From: Pseudomonadota bacterium
GTDB taxonomy: Bacteria; Bdellovibrionota; UBA1018
Direction: 5' to 3'
NCBI GenBank assembly: GCA_027485695.1
Contig: JAIXQO010000004.1
Coordinates: 110,056 to 174,055, forward strand
DNA: 64,000 nt
Shown here piece after piece: positions 49,350-59,012 of the stretch (positions within the stretch are counted from its first letter, which is position 1; each line of letters opens with the position of its first letter). A program made the translations under genes and the position numbers. The notes beneath the pieces were generated by a model. The model was not told the origin of the DNA, did not search any database, and saw nothing but the letters and a program-made list of their open reading frames with translations.

Positions 49350-51134
49350 TCAGGCCGCCGTGGTTTTATCTTTCTCAGGATTATTATCTAAATCTTGAGT
49401 CAAAATATCTCCCATGTCCACCTGTTCGCTCGGGTCGAGGAGACCTTCCGCGACGCGAACCACTTGGGCCGCCTTGTCGAGCTTGCCGCGCAGTCCGGCC
49501 GTCAATTGTTTTTCTTTCTCGTATTGGTTCTGGAGGATATCCATGTTGAATTCCAACAGATCGAGCTTGCGTTTCAGGTCGATGATTCGGTTTTCGCGCG
49601 CGGCAAGAAGTGCCTCGGAGTCCTTTTTCATGATCTCCAAGCGGTTTTCGAGTTCTTTCTCGCGGGAACGGATCTTACGAATGTCGTTACGAACGCGGTC
49701 TTTGAGTTTCTCGGACTCCGCGAACGCGTCACGAACTTGGATCTCGAGGAGGCGGATCTTGTCCATCCGCTTTTTCATCTCGAATTTCAGTTCTTGGTTT
49801 TCGGTCGAAGAACTTTCGAGAGCGATTTGCTTCTCTTTATCGAAATTCTTGATGCGATGTTCTTGCTCTTGAGCGAGATAAGAGAGTTCCGAGTTCGTGG
49901 ACTTCTCTTGTTTCAGTTCGCTGTCGAGTTTTTTGATTTGTTCTTTGGCCTGACGGAGTTGCTGCGAGAGCGCAGCGACATCGAGTTCCCGTAGGCCGAG
50001 ATATTTCTTGAGCGTCTCCAGGTCAGGAGCGTTCGCCGCTCCACCCGGGACCATGGCATCGTCGACTGGATGCTGAGCAAACATCGGAGCGCGGCTCTGT
50101 TGCTTGCGCAGGTACGGCATTTGAACCATTGCTTCGTCGTCGAGCTCCTCGTCCAAGGAGGCTCGATGAGAAACGGGTTTCTGAACCGCAGGACTCGTAC
50201 TTTCGCCCAGCGAAATTCCACCGCCGGCATCATCCGAGAGCGGAGTATCGATCAAGGATTCTTCGGAGGACGAAGCGTCTCCCAGGGAGAGATCGCCGCC
50301 TAAATCTAGGGCATCGCCGTCGCCGAATTCACCAACTGGGGATGCAGTCGGAATATTTTCTGACTGCGCAGGATCGTCGAACGAAATGGGAGCCGCGTCG
50401 ATTTGGAGCGCACCCGAGTCTTCGGCCGGACTGCCATCCGCTTGTTGAAAAACCCCCTCTTGAGGGAGATCACCCGCTCCCGGAGCAGCGCCGCCGCCAT
50501 CTCCGCGTCCACTCTGCTCCATCACACTGATATCGATGCCACCAAAAAGATTGTCGACGTCGATTCCACCCTCTTCGGGCGACGCGTGCTTCATGACCGA
50601 ATCCGCTTCGGATTTGGTGTAGACGTGAGAGGCGTCTTCGATCTTGACGCCGATCGATGCGCCACCTTCGCCGATACTCACGGAATCAATGTTTGACGCT
50701 CTTACGGGCTTGCCGTGAGAAAGTTCAGTTCCGATGATTTCGTCGATGACATGAAAAAGTTCAGCATCCTCGACCGGAAGGCGCAAATAACCGTTCGCCC
50801 CAAGCGGGGACATCTGGTGTTGCACACACTGTTCGTCGGTCCATTTGGACGTCGTCAGGATGACCGGAATCGGTTTCAGTTGCGCGGAATCTTTGATGAG
50901 TTTATTGAGCTGAATCCCGTCGTCGTCATGACCAATGGCGAGTTGAATCGTGCGACCATGGATCTTGAGGATGAGGTCGGCCTCTTTAAGATCGCTGCAG
51001 GAGAGCACGACGATACCTAAGCTTTTCAGCTTCTGTAAGAGCGGGGCTTCTTGCAAATGCGGGTTCAAAAGGATGAACTTCATCAGAGAACTCATCGGCT
51101 GCAGTTCACCTGAACGTGAGTCTGGTTTTCCCAA
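49350..51134 (-). CDS. Degenerate REC-like N-domain + acidic disordered linker + long coiled-coil protein (RomR-like architecture)
   Basis: N-terminus MKFILLNPHLQEAPLLQKLKSLGIVVLSCSD... resembles a receiver without the conserved Asp pair. A 200-aa D/E/G/S-rich region follows, then C-terminal heptad-rich K/E segments. The true start is probably the internal ATG at about 51095 or 51083. Confidence 0.4.
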   Translation of the reverse strand: MGKPDSRSGELQPMSSLMKFILLNPHLQEAPLLQKLKSLGIVVLSCSDLKEADLILKIHGRTIQLAIGHDDDGIQLNKLIKDSAQLKPIPVILTTSKWTDEQCVQHQMSPLGANGYLRLPVEDAELFHVIDEIIGTELSHGKPVRASNIDSVSIGEGGASIGVKIEDASHVYTKSEADSVMKHASPEEGGIDVDNLFGGIDISVMEQSGRGDGGGAAPGAGDLPQEGVFQQADGSPAEDSGALQIDAAPISFDDPAQSENIPTASPVGEFGDGDALDLGGDLSLGDASSSEESLIDTPLSDDAGGGISLGESTSPAVQKPVSHRASLDEELDDEAMVQMPYLRKQQSRAPMFAQHPVDDAMVPGGAANAPDLETLKKYLGLRELDVAALSQQLRQAKEQIKKLDSELKQEKSTNSELSYLAQEQEHRIKNFDKEKQIALESSSTENQELKFEMKKRMDKIRLLEIQVRDAFAESEKLKDRVRNDIRKIRSREKELENRLEIMKKDSEALLAARENRIIDLKRKLDLLEFNMDILQNQYEKEKQLTAGLRGKLDKAAQVVRVAEGLLDPSEQVDMGDILTQDLDNNPEKDKTTAA

Positions 51135-51166
51135 ACAGACACAGGGCGAAAAAAATCGTTAGATCG

Positions 51167-53005
51167 TCAAACGCCTGACATCTGTTTCAGTTCTTCGACG
51201 ACTTTTTCGCGTTCTTCGGCTGCACTCATCCACTCGGATTCGCCATCGTCAATTTTCTGTTGAACCACTCCCATTTGACGAATGGTTTCTCGCGAGTCAC
51301 CTTGGCCCGATTCCAAGATCGTATTCAAACGAGCGAGTTCGGTATGCGCTTGGGCCACGAGCTTGTCTTGTTTTTCGATCAACGTCTCGAGTTGCTTGAG
51401 TCGGCGGTCCAGGGTTTTTTTGCGTTCGCGGTACTCCGTGTTCGCTGATTTAGAATTCGAACTTGCGCCTCCCGAGAAACCGGCGGTACTGCTCTCTTGC
51501 GCCTCCCCTTGAAGGGTCGTAAACGCGCCCTTCTCGACGCTCCAAACGTATTCATCGTAAGTGCCGGGATAAACCGCCGCTTGGCCCGAACGAATCTCCA
51601 AAATCTTGGTGCCGATCCGTCCGATAAAACCACGATCATGGCTCACGACGATCAATGCACCCGGATAGCTAGACAACGCCTGAGTCAGCGCCTCAACCGT
51701 TTGAAAATCCAAATGGTTGGTCGGTTCGTCGAGAACTAAGCACGACGAACGCTGAAGCAGAACTTGTCCGAGCGCGACCCGCGCTCGCTCGCCTCCCGAT
51801 AGCACACGGACCGTTTTCTTGACATCATCGCCTGAGAACAACAACGAGCCCGCCAAGTCGAGAATTGTTTGAGGCAGCACATCGGCGTGCGCTTTGCGAC
51901 TGAGCGATTGGAAAACCGTATCATCCGCAAGAAGCTCGTCCGCGACATACTGGTTGAAAAAACTCAGCGTCGCCTCATAGCCCATCTGCATTTCACCGCG
52001 AATCAGCGGCAAACGACCGGCAAGCGTTTTCAGAAGTGTGCTTTTACCCGCGCCATTGAGACCTACAACCGCTAAGTGATCCTTGGCATCGACACGAAGG
52101 CTCACCTGTTTGAGGACCGTTTTGCCAGGATACCCGAGATCCGCACCTTCGATCGTCAGCACGTTTTTTCCCATTCGCGCGGGCGGAGGGATCCGGATTC
52201 GCGCGGTCACCGGGAGCGGCTTGACCTCGATCGACTCCATCTTGTTCAAAGACTTGAGTCGGCTCTGGGCCTGACTCGCTTTGGAGGCCTTGGCCCCAAA
52301 CCGATTCACGAAATCGATGATCTCTTTGCGTTTCTCCTCGAGAGAGAGCGCTCGCGCTTCTAGCTGCGAGCGAAGCATTTCTTTCTGCTCGAAATAATCA
52401 TCGATGTTGCCCGGGTACTTGGTGATCGCTCCGCCTTCGACTTCGAGGATGTGATCGGTGGTCCGGCGCAAGAATTCACGGTCATGGGAGATCACGAGAA
52501 ATGCGCCCCGAAAACCTTGCAGGAATTTTTCAAGCACTAGAAGGGTTTCGAGATCCAAATAGTTCGTCGGCTCATCGAGCAGCATCAGGTTCGGATCTTG
52601 TCCGATCAAACGCAGAAGCTTGGCCCGCATGCGGTAACCACCGCTCACGGACTCGATCGGTTTGACATAGAACTCTTCGGTGAGGCCAAGACTTTTTCCG
52701 ATCCGTTTCAGATCCCAGATCGGCAGAACGGAATCGCGCTCGACGAACGCCTCGATGGACTCACCCGGAATCCAATCATCATGCTGGGATAAGTAGCCCA
52801 AACGAAGATTACGCGATTTGACCAGGATCCCCTCATCGAGTTCTTGCTCGCCAATGAGTACTTTAAAAAGGGTCGTCTTACCGGCGCCGTTCGGACCGAT
52901 CACGCCGACGTGCTCGCCCTCATTGACGGCAAATGACGCCTCATCAAAAAGCCGTTTGGACGAGAAGGCTTTGGAGCCTTTTTGAAGTTGGATCAGGTTT
53001 TCCAT
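51167..53005 (-). CDS. ABC-F family ATPase (two ABC domains, C-terminal coiled coil)
   Basis: Two Walker A motifs (GPNGAGKTT, GLNGAGKST), two LSGGE signature motifs, and no TM domains. Confidence 0.85.
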   Translation of the reverse strand: MENLIQLQKGSKAFSSKRLFDEASFAVNEGEHVGVIGPNGAGKTTLFKVLIGEQELDEGILVKSRNLRLGYLSQHDDWIPGESIEAFVERDSVLPIWDLKRIGKSLGLTEEFYVKPIESVSGGYRMRAKLLRLIGQDPNLMLLDEPTNYLDLETLLVLEKFLQGFRGAFLVISHDREFLRRTTDHILEVEGGAITKYPGNIDDYFEQKEMLRSQLEARALSLEEKRKEIIDFVNRFGAKASKASQAQSRLKSLNKMESIEVKPLPVTARIRIPPPARMGKNVLTIEGADLGYPGKTVLKQVSLRVDAKDHLAVVGLNGAGKSTLLKTLAGRLPLIRGEMQMGYEATLSFFNQYVADELLADDTVFQSLSRKAHADVLPQTILDLAGSLLFSGDDVKKTVRVLSGGERARVALGQVLLQRSSCLVLDEPTNHLDFQTVEALTQALSSYPGALIVVSHDRGFIGRIGTKILEIRSGQAAVYPGTYDEYVWSVEKGAFTTLQGEAQESSTAGFSGGASSNSKSANTEYRERKKTLDRRLKQLETLIEKQDKLVAQAHTELARLNTILESGQGDSRETIRQMGVVQQKIDDGESEWMSAAEEREKVVEELKQMSGV

Positions 53006-53074
53006 GACAGGTGCACTCTACGTGAAAAACGCCCGAAATTCGAGACCCGACTATGATATAAGCGTGGGCGTACC

Positions 53075-53734
53075 ATGAGCGAAACCCTGCCCGCCCAACG
53101 AAAATTCTGCTACCGCTGCCGGCGCGCCGGAGAGGGCTGCTACTGCACGGATATCCAGACCTTTAGGCCGCCTTTTGACCTTTTTCTCATTGTCCACCCC
53201 CGGGAATCGCGCAACCTCGTGGGTAGCGTCCGAATCGCCCACTTGAGCTGCGAGCACTCCACCTGGGTCGAGGGAATCGGCGAAGACATCGATCGCTCCC
53301 CCATTGTCCTCGGTGCTCTATCGAATCCGAAACTCGCGCCGATGATCCTCTACCCCTCACCGCATGCAGTTCCCTTGGACCGAATGACCGCCCAGAACGT
53401 ACCGAACGATCGACGTCTTGCTCTTTTTGTCATCGATGGAACCTGGTATCAGGCGAAACAACTCATTCGCCGTAGCCTCATCTTATCAACCCTGCCTTCG
53501 GTGTCGTTTACGACGGATCGCGTTTCTGAATACGGTTTTCGCAAGCAACCGCACGATTATTGCCTCTCGACCGTCGAAGCCGTGCATGTTGCCATCGACG
53601 CCTACCTTCGTAGTCCAGTCGCTCCCCCCATGGAAGCGCGCCCGCACGACCGAATGATGGATATTTTCCGAAAAATGGTGCGAACTCAGCTGGCGTTTAA
53701 CAGCCAGCCGCGCTCATTGCGTAATCCCATTTGA
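53075..53734 (+). CDS. DTW-domain tRNA-uridine aminocarboxypropyltransferase (TapT-like)
   Basis: N-terminal Cys cluster CYRCRRAGEGCYC and the DGTW motif (FVIDGTWYQAK). Confidence 0.65.
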   Translation: MSETLPAQRKFCYRCRRAGEGCYCTDIQTFRPPFDLFLIVHPRESRNLVGSVRIAHLSCEHSTWVEGIGEDIDRSPIVLGALSNPKLAPMILYPSPHAVPLDRMTAQNVPNDRRLALFVIDGTWYQAKQLIRRSLILSTLPSVSFTTDRVSEYGFRKQPHDYCLSTVEAVHVAIDAYLRSPVAPPMEARPHDRMMDIFRKMVRTQLAFNSQPRSLRNPI

Positions 53735-53816
53735 AGCGGTAGCCTATTGAGAGCCCATGAAACTACGACTCTCGGTTTCAAACATTCTGTTTTACTCCCA
53801 GTCCTTCTGTTGCTTC

Positions 53817-53931
53817 GGCAATCGCTCGCAGTTGACTCTCGACTTCGAGTCAAGCGTGAAGCGTTCGCGCCTTTGGCGCGATGACTCGGAGGGCAGGAGC
53901 CCGGCAAGAGAGTCAACTGCGAGTGATTGCC
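53817..53931 (-). repeat. Structured intergenic element, copy 3 (reverse orientation) abutting the start codon of the downstream gene
   Basis: Reverse complement contains CTTGCCGGGCTCCTGCCCT...TCGCGCC-AAA-GGCGCGA-A-CGCTTCACGC. The 24-bp outer stem 53817-53840 / 53908-53931 is perfect on plus-strand RNA with one G-U pair. Confidence 0.7.
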
Positions 53932-53932
53932 G

Positions 53933-54829
53933 ATGAAAGAGAAACTCACGCTCGTCCTTTTCAAGGATCACCAAAACGCCAGAACGTTCGAGCTCCCGCT
54001 CGAGCGGATTGAGCGCACGGGCATCCTCTATGTTCTCGTTATTTTCCTCGCCTTACTCTCGTCGGCATTCATGGTGAGAAGCGCCTATCGAATGTTGAGC
54101 TCTCGAGACGAAGGCTCCATCGACAAAGTCCGCTCCCTGACCCAAGAACTCGCCGAAGTCCGCGCCTCTTATCAAGCTCTTCAGGCACATTTATCCGGAC
54201 AACCGGCATCGAGTCTCACGCCGACTTCGATGAGGAGCATCCTGTTTACTTCGATTCCTACCCAATCCCTGCAATCGCCGCTGCCGTCGCGCGAGAGTCT
54301 ATCGTTTCGCTTGGAGCCGGTGAATTTCCGCTGGCAGGGGAATTTCTTGCAGATCAGCACCGCGATCGAATACCGCAAAGGCGACGACGGCAACCAGCAA
54401 GGAAACTTCGTGATCCTCGCGCAAGGCCCTCAGAATCTCTATGCGCATCCCGAGGGCGCGTTCTCGGATGCCGGGCAAGAAGTCCTCATGGAACCTGAAT
54501 CGGGCGAATATTTTTCGGTCAGTCGCTACCGAGAAATTCGCGCGCGCTTCGGTCCGGTTGAACGCCACGATCAAATCCAAAGCATCCAGGTTTACATCTT
54601 CGACAAGAACAAGAACCTGATTTACTTCGACCGCGTCTCGCTCACCGACGCCGAAAAAGACGCCGGCGCATCGACTGCTCCCGCACCCACGAGTACGACC
54701 GCTCCAAAGCGTCGCGCGGCACCGAAGCCTGCCCCCGAAGAGGAATCCTCAGACGCGTCTGAGGCAACCGCAACTCCAGCCAAGGAAACGACCCATGAAA
54801 CAGGAAGCGATTCGGGAAACAACGAGTAG
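53933..54829 (+). CDS. Membrane-anchored hypothetical protein with Pro/Ala/Thr-rich C-terminus
   Basis: The track ORF begins at TTG 53927. The ATG at 53933 (MKEKLTLVLF...) is preferred. One TM helix (ILYVLVIFLALLSSAFMV). Confidence 0.35.
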   Translation: MKEKLTLVLFKDHQNARTFELPLERIERTGILYVLVIFLALLSSAFMVRSAYRMLSSRDEGSIDKVRSLTQELAEVRASYQALQAHLSGQPASSLTPTSMRSILFTSIPTQSLQSPLPSRESLSFRLEPVNFRWQGNFLQISTAIEYRKGDDGNQQGNFVILAQGPQNLYAHPEGAFSDAGQEVLMEPESGEYFSVSRYREIRARFGPVERHDQIQSIQVYIFDKNKNLIYFDRVSLTDAEKDAGASTAPAPTSTTAPKRRAAPKPAPEEESSDASEATATPAKETTHETGSDSGNNE

Positions 54830-55178
54830 CTGGATCTCCGAGGACTCCGAGCTAGAGGGCCATTTCCTCTTCTCAGGTGTGACCCGTATTTTCGGTTCGG
54901 TCAAAGGTACGATCCAAGGACGTCCTCACAGCCATATAGTGATTATGGAGAGCTCGCGCGTCGAAGGTGAAATCCGCGGCGATCGCGTGACCGTAAACGG
55001 TCTGGTCGAAGGCAAAGTGTTCGCCACGACCCGCGTCGCAGTCGCATCCTATGGCCGCGTCGTCGGTGAGATCGAGGCGCCTGAGTTCGATGTCGCGTTT
55101 GGCGCGATCATCGACGGCGAGGTGCGCGTGAATCGAGTTCGCGAAAATCCATCAAATCCGGCGCCCGCAGCACCTTGA
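54795..55178 (+). CDS. Bactofilin
   Basis: Repetitive beta-helical DUF583 pattern (G.V.G.I.G...V.V.G...G.I....V). 127 aa. Confidence 0.7.
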   Translation: MKQEAIRETTSSWISEDSELEGHFLFSGVTRIFGSVKGTIQGRPHSHIVIMESSRVEGEIRGDRVTVNGLVEGKVFATTRVAVASYGRVVGEIEAPEFDVAFGAIIDGEVRVNRVRENPSNPAPAAP

Positions 55179-56553
55179 CGTTTTTCCAGCCGAATTTCGC
55201 CAGTAGTGGCGCAATTTTCGAAGCATCCCCGGCGATCACGATCTTCATCTGATCAAGACGAAATGCCTCTTGAATGGCGTCGATGGCCCGCTTGCGATCC
55301 ACTTTCTGAACCTCGGGGATGTACTCGTTCAAGAAGTCCGGCCCCAGACCGTAGACGTTCCCAGCCAACCAGCGGCTCGCAACCGCTCCGAGAGTAGACA
55401 CGCTCATCGGATATCCACCGATCAAAAAACTTTTCGAGGTTTGTACCTCTTCGTCAAGCAATTCACCGCGCTTGAGGCTATCGAGGATCTTCTGTACTTC
55501 GCGAATCAAAATCGGCGTGTGTTGAAGCGCCGTTGCCGATGCGATCGTTAGATAGGAGAGCTCTTTCGCGTACGAGAGCGAGCTACCAACGCCGTAAGCA
55601 AGTCCAAGCTCGTCACGAATCACGGAGTTCAACCGGCTGTTGAAATACTCTCCCAAGAGCGCGTTCGAAACGGCGAGCGCGTAACGATTCTTGGAATAGA
55701 TCGACGGGATTGGAAAACCGAAACGGACTTGCGCCTGCGGCAAGCCCGGACGATCCACGACGACGAGTTTCGCGTCTCGATCGATTTTTGGGTACTCGAG
55801 CGACGCCGCTTTTTTAGAGGCGCCCGCAGGAGCAGGAACTTTTTTCCAGTCGGCGAATCGCTTCGCGATTTGCGCGCGGATCGACGCGCGATCTCCTCGG
55901 CCCACGACCATGAGGATCGCTTGATCTGGAGTCATGCGCGCCTGATAGAAACTACGCACATCGTTGCCACTCAGTCCCATCCACTCAGGGATCGAGTAGA
56001 GGCTCCCTCGAGCGTAAGGGCTGGTTCGGCTCATCCACCGAGCCATCGTGAAACTTGCGAGGGATTCCGCTGAATCACCGAGGTGTTCCCACTTCTCTTT
56101 TTCTTGTTCTTTGACCCGTTGGATCTCGGCGTCATCAAACTTGGGTAGGAGAACTGAGTCAGCGAGCAGATCGAGTAACTGCGGGGTGTCGGTCGATAGG
56201 CCATGAATCGCGATGCTGATTGCGTCCTCGTCCACCGATGCCGAGAATGAACCTCCCAGGTTTTCAAAAGCGCGAGAAAACTCGAGCTGATTGCGAGTTC
56301 CCGCTCCGCGCTCCAGTGCACTTGCAGTCAGGAGCGCGAGACCGGATTTTCCGATGGGATCTTCGCGAGTACCGGTTTTCACGAGCAGTCCCAGATCAAT
56401 GACCGGAAGTTTCTGATCCAGGAACCAAGCGATCTGCAGTCCGTTTGGGAGCGTTTCCAACTCAGGACTCGGGAGTCTTAGGTCCGCAAAAACCGAGGTC
56501 GTCAGACCAAGAGAAACGGCCGCTACAATTCGGAGAGCGTTTGACATTTTCAT
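55108..56553 (-). CDS. M16-family peptidase, non-catalytic partner (no HxxEH)
   Basis: Signal peptide, an M16 N- and C-domain fold pattern, and no inverted zinc motif. Overlaps the downstream M16 gene by 4 nt. Confidence 0.7.
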   Translation of the reverse strand: MKMSNALRIVAAVSLGLTTSVFADLRLPSPELETLPNGLQIAWFLDQKLPVIDLGLLVKTGTREDPIGKSGLALLTASALERGAGTRNQLEFSRAFENLGGSFSASVDEDAISIAIHGLSTDTPQLLDLLADSVLLPKFDDAEIQRVKEQEKEKWEHLGDSAESLASFTMARWMSRTSPYARGSLYSIPEWMGLSGNDVRSFYQARMTPDQAILMVVGRGDRASIRAQIAKRFADWKKVPAPAGASKKAASLEYPKIDRDAKLVVVDRPGLPQAQVRFGFPIPSIYSKNRYALAVSNALLGEYFNSRLNSVIRDELGLAYGVGSSLSYAKELSYLTIASATALQHTPILIREVQKILDSLKRGELLDEEVQTSKSFLIGGYPMSVSTLGAVASRWLAGNVYGLGPDFLNEYIPEVQKVDRKRAIDAIQEAFRLDQMKIVIAGDASKIAPLLAKFGWKNVKVLRAPDLMDFRELDSRAPRRR

Positions 56554-57941
56554 TGAGAGCGAGCTCCTGTGGCTTGGACTTGGCGCGCGATGGGCGACAA
56601 GATCACGCGATTCTGACGATCTTTTCGAAGGTACTGACGAGCGACACGAACGACGTCATCGGCCGTGACTTTTTGATATTTGATCAGATCGTCTTTGTAG
56701 AGCTCCGGATCGCCCAAGATCGCCGCGACCGTGCCGATCAGGGTTCCTAATCCATGCGCCGTGCGCACGCTATCGACGGTTTGAATCGTCAGTTGTCTCA
56801 CCGCTCGATCGAGTTCCTCTTGGGTCACACCTTCTTTTTCAAGCCGCTCCAAGCACTCGCGCCACGCATTTTCGAATTGGTCTGGAGTCACACCCTGACG
56901 AAGCATCGCGCTCATGAGAAACAGTCCTGGATGGGTCGGCGTATAAGCGATACCCGAGACGTTGATCGCGAGTTGTTTGACTTCAACGAGTTCATGGTAA
57001 ACGCGTGAACTCACGCCGGCGAACAAGATATTCGACATCACATCGAGCGCATGCGTGTCTTTTTCGGAGGCCGCCGTCACGGGATACCCGAACTGGACTT
57101 TGGTGGTCGCCACGGCATCGGTGAGAATTTGTTCGCGAGATTCCGTTTGGACAGGTTCGCGTGGGATGATCTTGCGATCCGGCTTGCGCCCCGGAATCGA
57201 CGCATAAGACTCGCGAATGAGTTTCAACGTCTCTTCGGTATCGAAATCCCCCACCACGACGAGCGTCACGTTACCCGGTTGATAGTAACGAGCGAAAAAC
57301 TTCTCCAGATCTTCGACCGTAATACGGTTCAGGTCCTCGGGATAACCGATGACTGGCCAACGATACGGATGGGATTTGTAGGAAAGCGCCCAGAGCGCTT
57401 CTTGCATTCGCCCATCCGGACTGTTCTCGGTCCGAAGCCGGCGCTCCTCCATCACAACCTGTTTTTCCGTGAAGAGTACGAGGTCATTCAAATTGAGACT
57501 CGAGAGGCGATCCGCTTCGAGTTCAATGACCCGGGGGAGTAGATCTTTGGAGAAGGTCTCGTGATAGACGGTGTAGTCGCGCGTCGTGTAGGCATTGACG
57601 GCGGCGCCTTTGGCCTCAAGTTCTTGAAAGAACGCCTTGGGTCCGAAGTTGCGGGAGCCTTTGAACATGAGGTGCTCAAAAAGATGCGCGAGCCCCGTCA
57701 AACCGAAATCCTCGTCGACTGAGCCGACATTAACCCAAGTTTGATACGAGATGATCGGAACGGTCTTGTCTTGGACCATCAAGATTCGCAGTCCGTTATC
57801 CAGCCGCGTTTCTTTTAAGTCGAATTGGAGCCCGAGGCTCTGCCAGTCTTTGGATTTTGAGAGGCTCGAACAGCCGCCCAAAACCAATAAGCTGCCGACT
57901 AAGAACGCGCCTGCTACAACCAGCCTTTTTCTAAGTACCAT
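56550..57941 (-). CDS. M16-family zinc peptidase (pitrilysin-like, active)
   Basis: Inverted zinc motif HLFEHLMFKGS (HxxEH) with a downstream E, plus a signal peptide/lipobox (LGGCSS). Confidence 0.85.
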   Translation of the reverse strand: MVLRKRLVVAGAFLVGSLLVLGGCSSLSKSKDWQSLGLQFDLKETRLDNGLRILMVQDKTVPIISYQTWVNVGSVDEDFGLTGLAHLFEHLMFKGSRNFGPKAFFQELEAKGAAVNAYTTRDYTVYHETFSKDLLPRVIELEADRLSSLNLNDLVLFTEKQVVMEERRLRTENSPDGRMQEALWALSYKSHPYRWPVIGYPEDLNRITVEDLEKFFARYYQPGNVTLVVVGDFDTEETLKLIRESYASIPGRKPDRKIIPREPVQTESREQILTDAVATTKVQFGYPVTAASEKDTHALDVMSNILFAGVSSRVYHELVEVKQLAINVSGIAYTPTHPGLFLMSAMLRQGVTPDQFENAWRECLERLEKEGVTQEELDRAVRQLTIQTVDSVRTAHGLGTLIGTVAAILGDPELYKDDLIKYQKVTADDVVRVARQYLRKDRQNRVILSPIARQVQATGARSQ

Positions 57942-58915
57942 TTCACCGTTCCTTTGATTCCTTGCTCATAGGAGAGCTTCGGCCGGAATGAAAACTCCGA
58001 GCGAAACAGTTCCGACGAGCAAGTCCAATGATCCGGAAGAATCTCATTCATTTTATCCGAATTCAAAGGAAACGCTTTGCCGCGCAGTTTTCCGAGGGTG
58101 TTCAGCATCCAAGCGGTCGGCGCGATGAACGAGGTCGGAATGAGAAAAAACTTAGGCTCGATCCCCAGCGCGCGTCCGTACTGGATGTAGATGTCCCGGT
58201 CTCGAATGATCTCATCACCCGCGACATAGTAAAATTGCCCCGACTTAGCGGCATCGATTTTCTTGCTGAGAGTGCAATAGAGCGCCTCGACCAAGTCATC
58301 GACATGAATCTGCGAATAGGTTTTTGTGTGGGAAAAACCACCCGTCCGAGGGAGCGGCACCCAGCGTTTTTGAGCACCTTTGGCGAAAAGCAGTGTCGCA
58401 CGATCCCGAGGTCCGTAAACCATCGGCGGCCTCAAGATCACGATCGGAATGCGATCTCGGTACGCAAGAATAGCGGCTTCCGCATTTTTTTTGCTCCGAC
58501 CATACTCAGAGACCGGCGTGTCTGGATTTGCTTCGTTTCGTGGATCAGAAGTGATCGACGGCCCCCCCGCCGCAAGCGTTGAAACGTAAACGAACCGTTC
58601 GAATTTCTGTCCGCTCTCGAGCATCGCTCGGATCAAAAGCGCGGTTCCATCCGTATTGGTCTTACTGAAATCGCTGGCCGAATTTCCAGCCACAGATGCC
58701 GCCAAGTGAAACACAGAATGCACGCCTGAGACCGCGCGTTTCAGAGACTCGAGATCACTGAGCGACCCTTCGACTCGCTCATACTGGCAACCTGCCAGGT
58801 GCTCCAAACTCGAAGTCGAACGTAGCAGAAGACGCGGCACAATACCTTCTTGATTGAGACGCGCGACCAGCCCGCTTCCAATAAAACCGCTTCCACCGGT
58901 GATCAGGATATCCAT
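57914..58915 (-). CDS. NAD-dependent epimerase/dehydratase (extended SDR)
   Basis: MDILITGGSGFIGSGL Rossmann motif and a YxxxK catalytic dyad region. Confidence 0.8.
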   Translation of the reverse strand: MDILITGGSGFIGSGLVARLNQEGIVPRLLLRSTSSLEHLAGCQYERVEGSLSDLESLKRAVSGVHSVFHLAASVAGNSASDFSKTNTDGTALLIRAMLESGQKFERFVYVSTLAAGGPSITSDPRNEANPDTPVSEYGRSKKNAEAAILAYRDRIPIVILRPPMVYGPRDRATLLFAKGAQKRWVPLPRTGGFSHTKTYSQIHVDDLVEALYCTLSKKIDAAKSGQFYYVAGDEIIRDRDIYIQYGRALGIEPKFFLIPTSFIAPTAWMLNTLGKLRGKAFPLNSDKMNEILPDHWTCSSELFRSEFSFRPKLSYEQGIKGTVKWYLEKGWL

Positions 58916-59012
58916 GACTGGGAGTTTAAAGACAACCCTCTCAGAGAAACAACTCCTGATCTCAGAAATTCATGGATCTATCCGATTCGGGCACTTAGGA
59001 TCAAATCCGATG

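Noticed and set aside
49395-49994. 199-aa and 152-aa plus-strand ORFs
   Set aside because: Antisense to the coiled-coil gene. Low-complexity mirror of a Lys/Glu-rich coding region.
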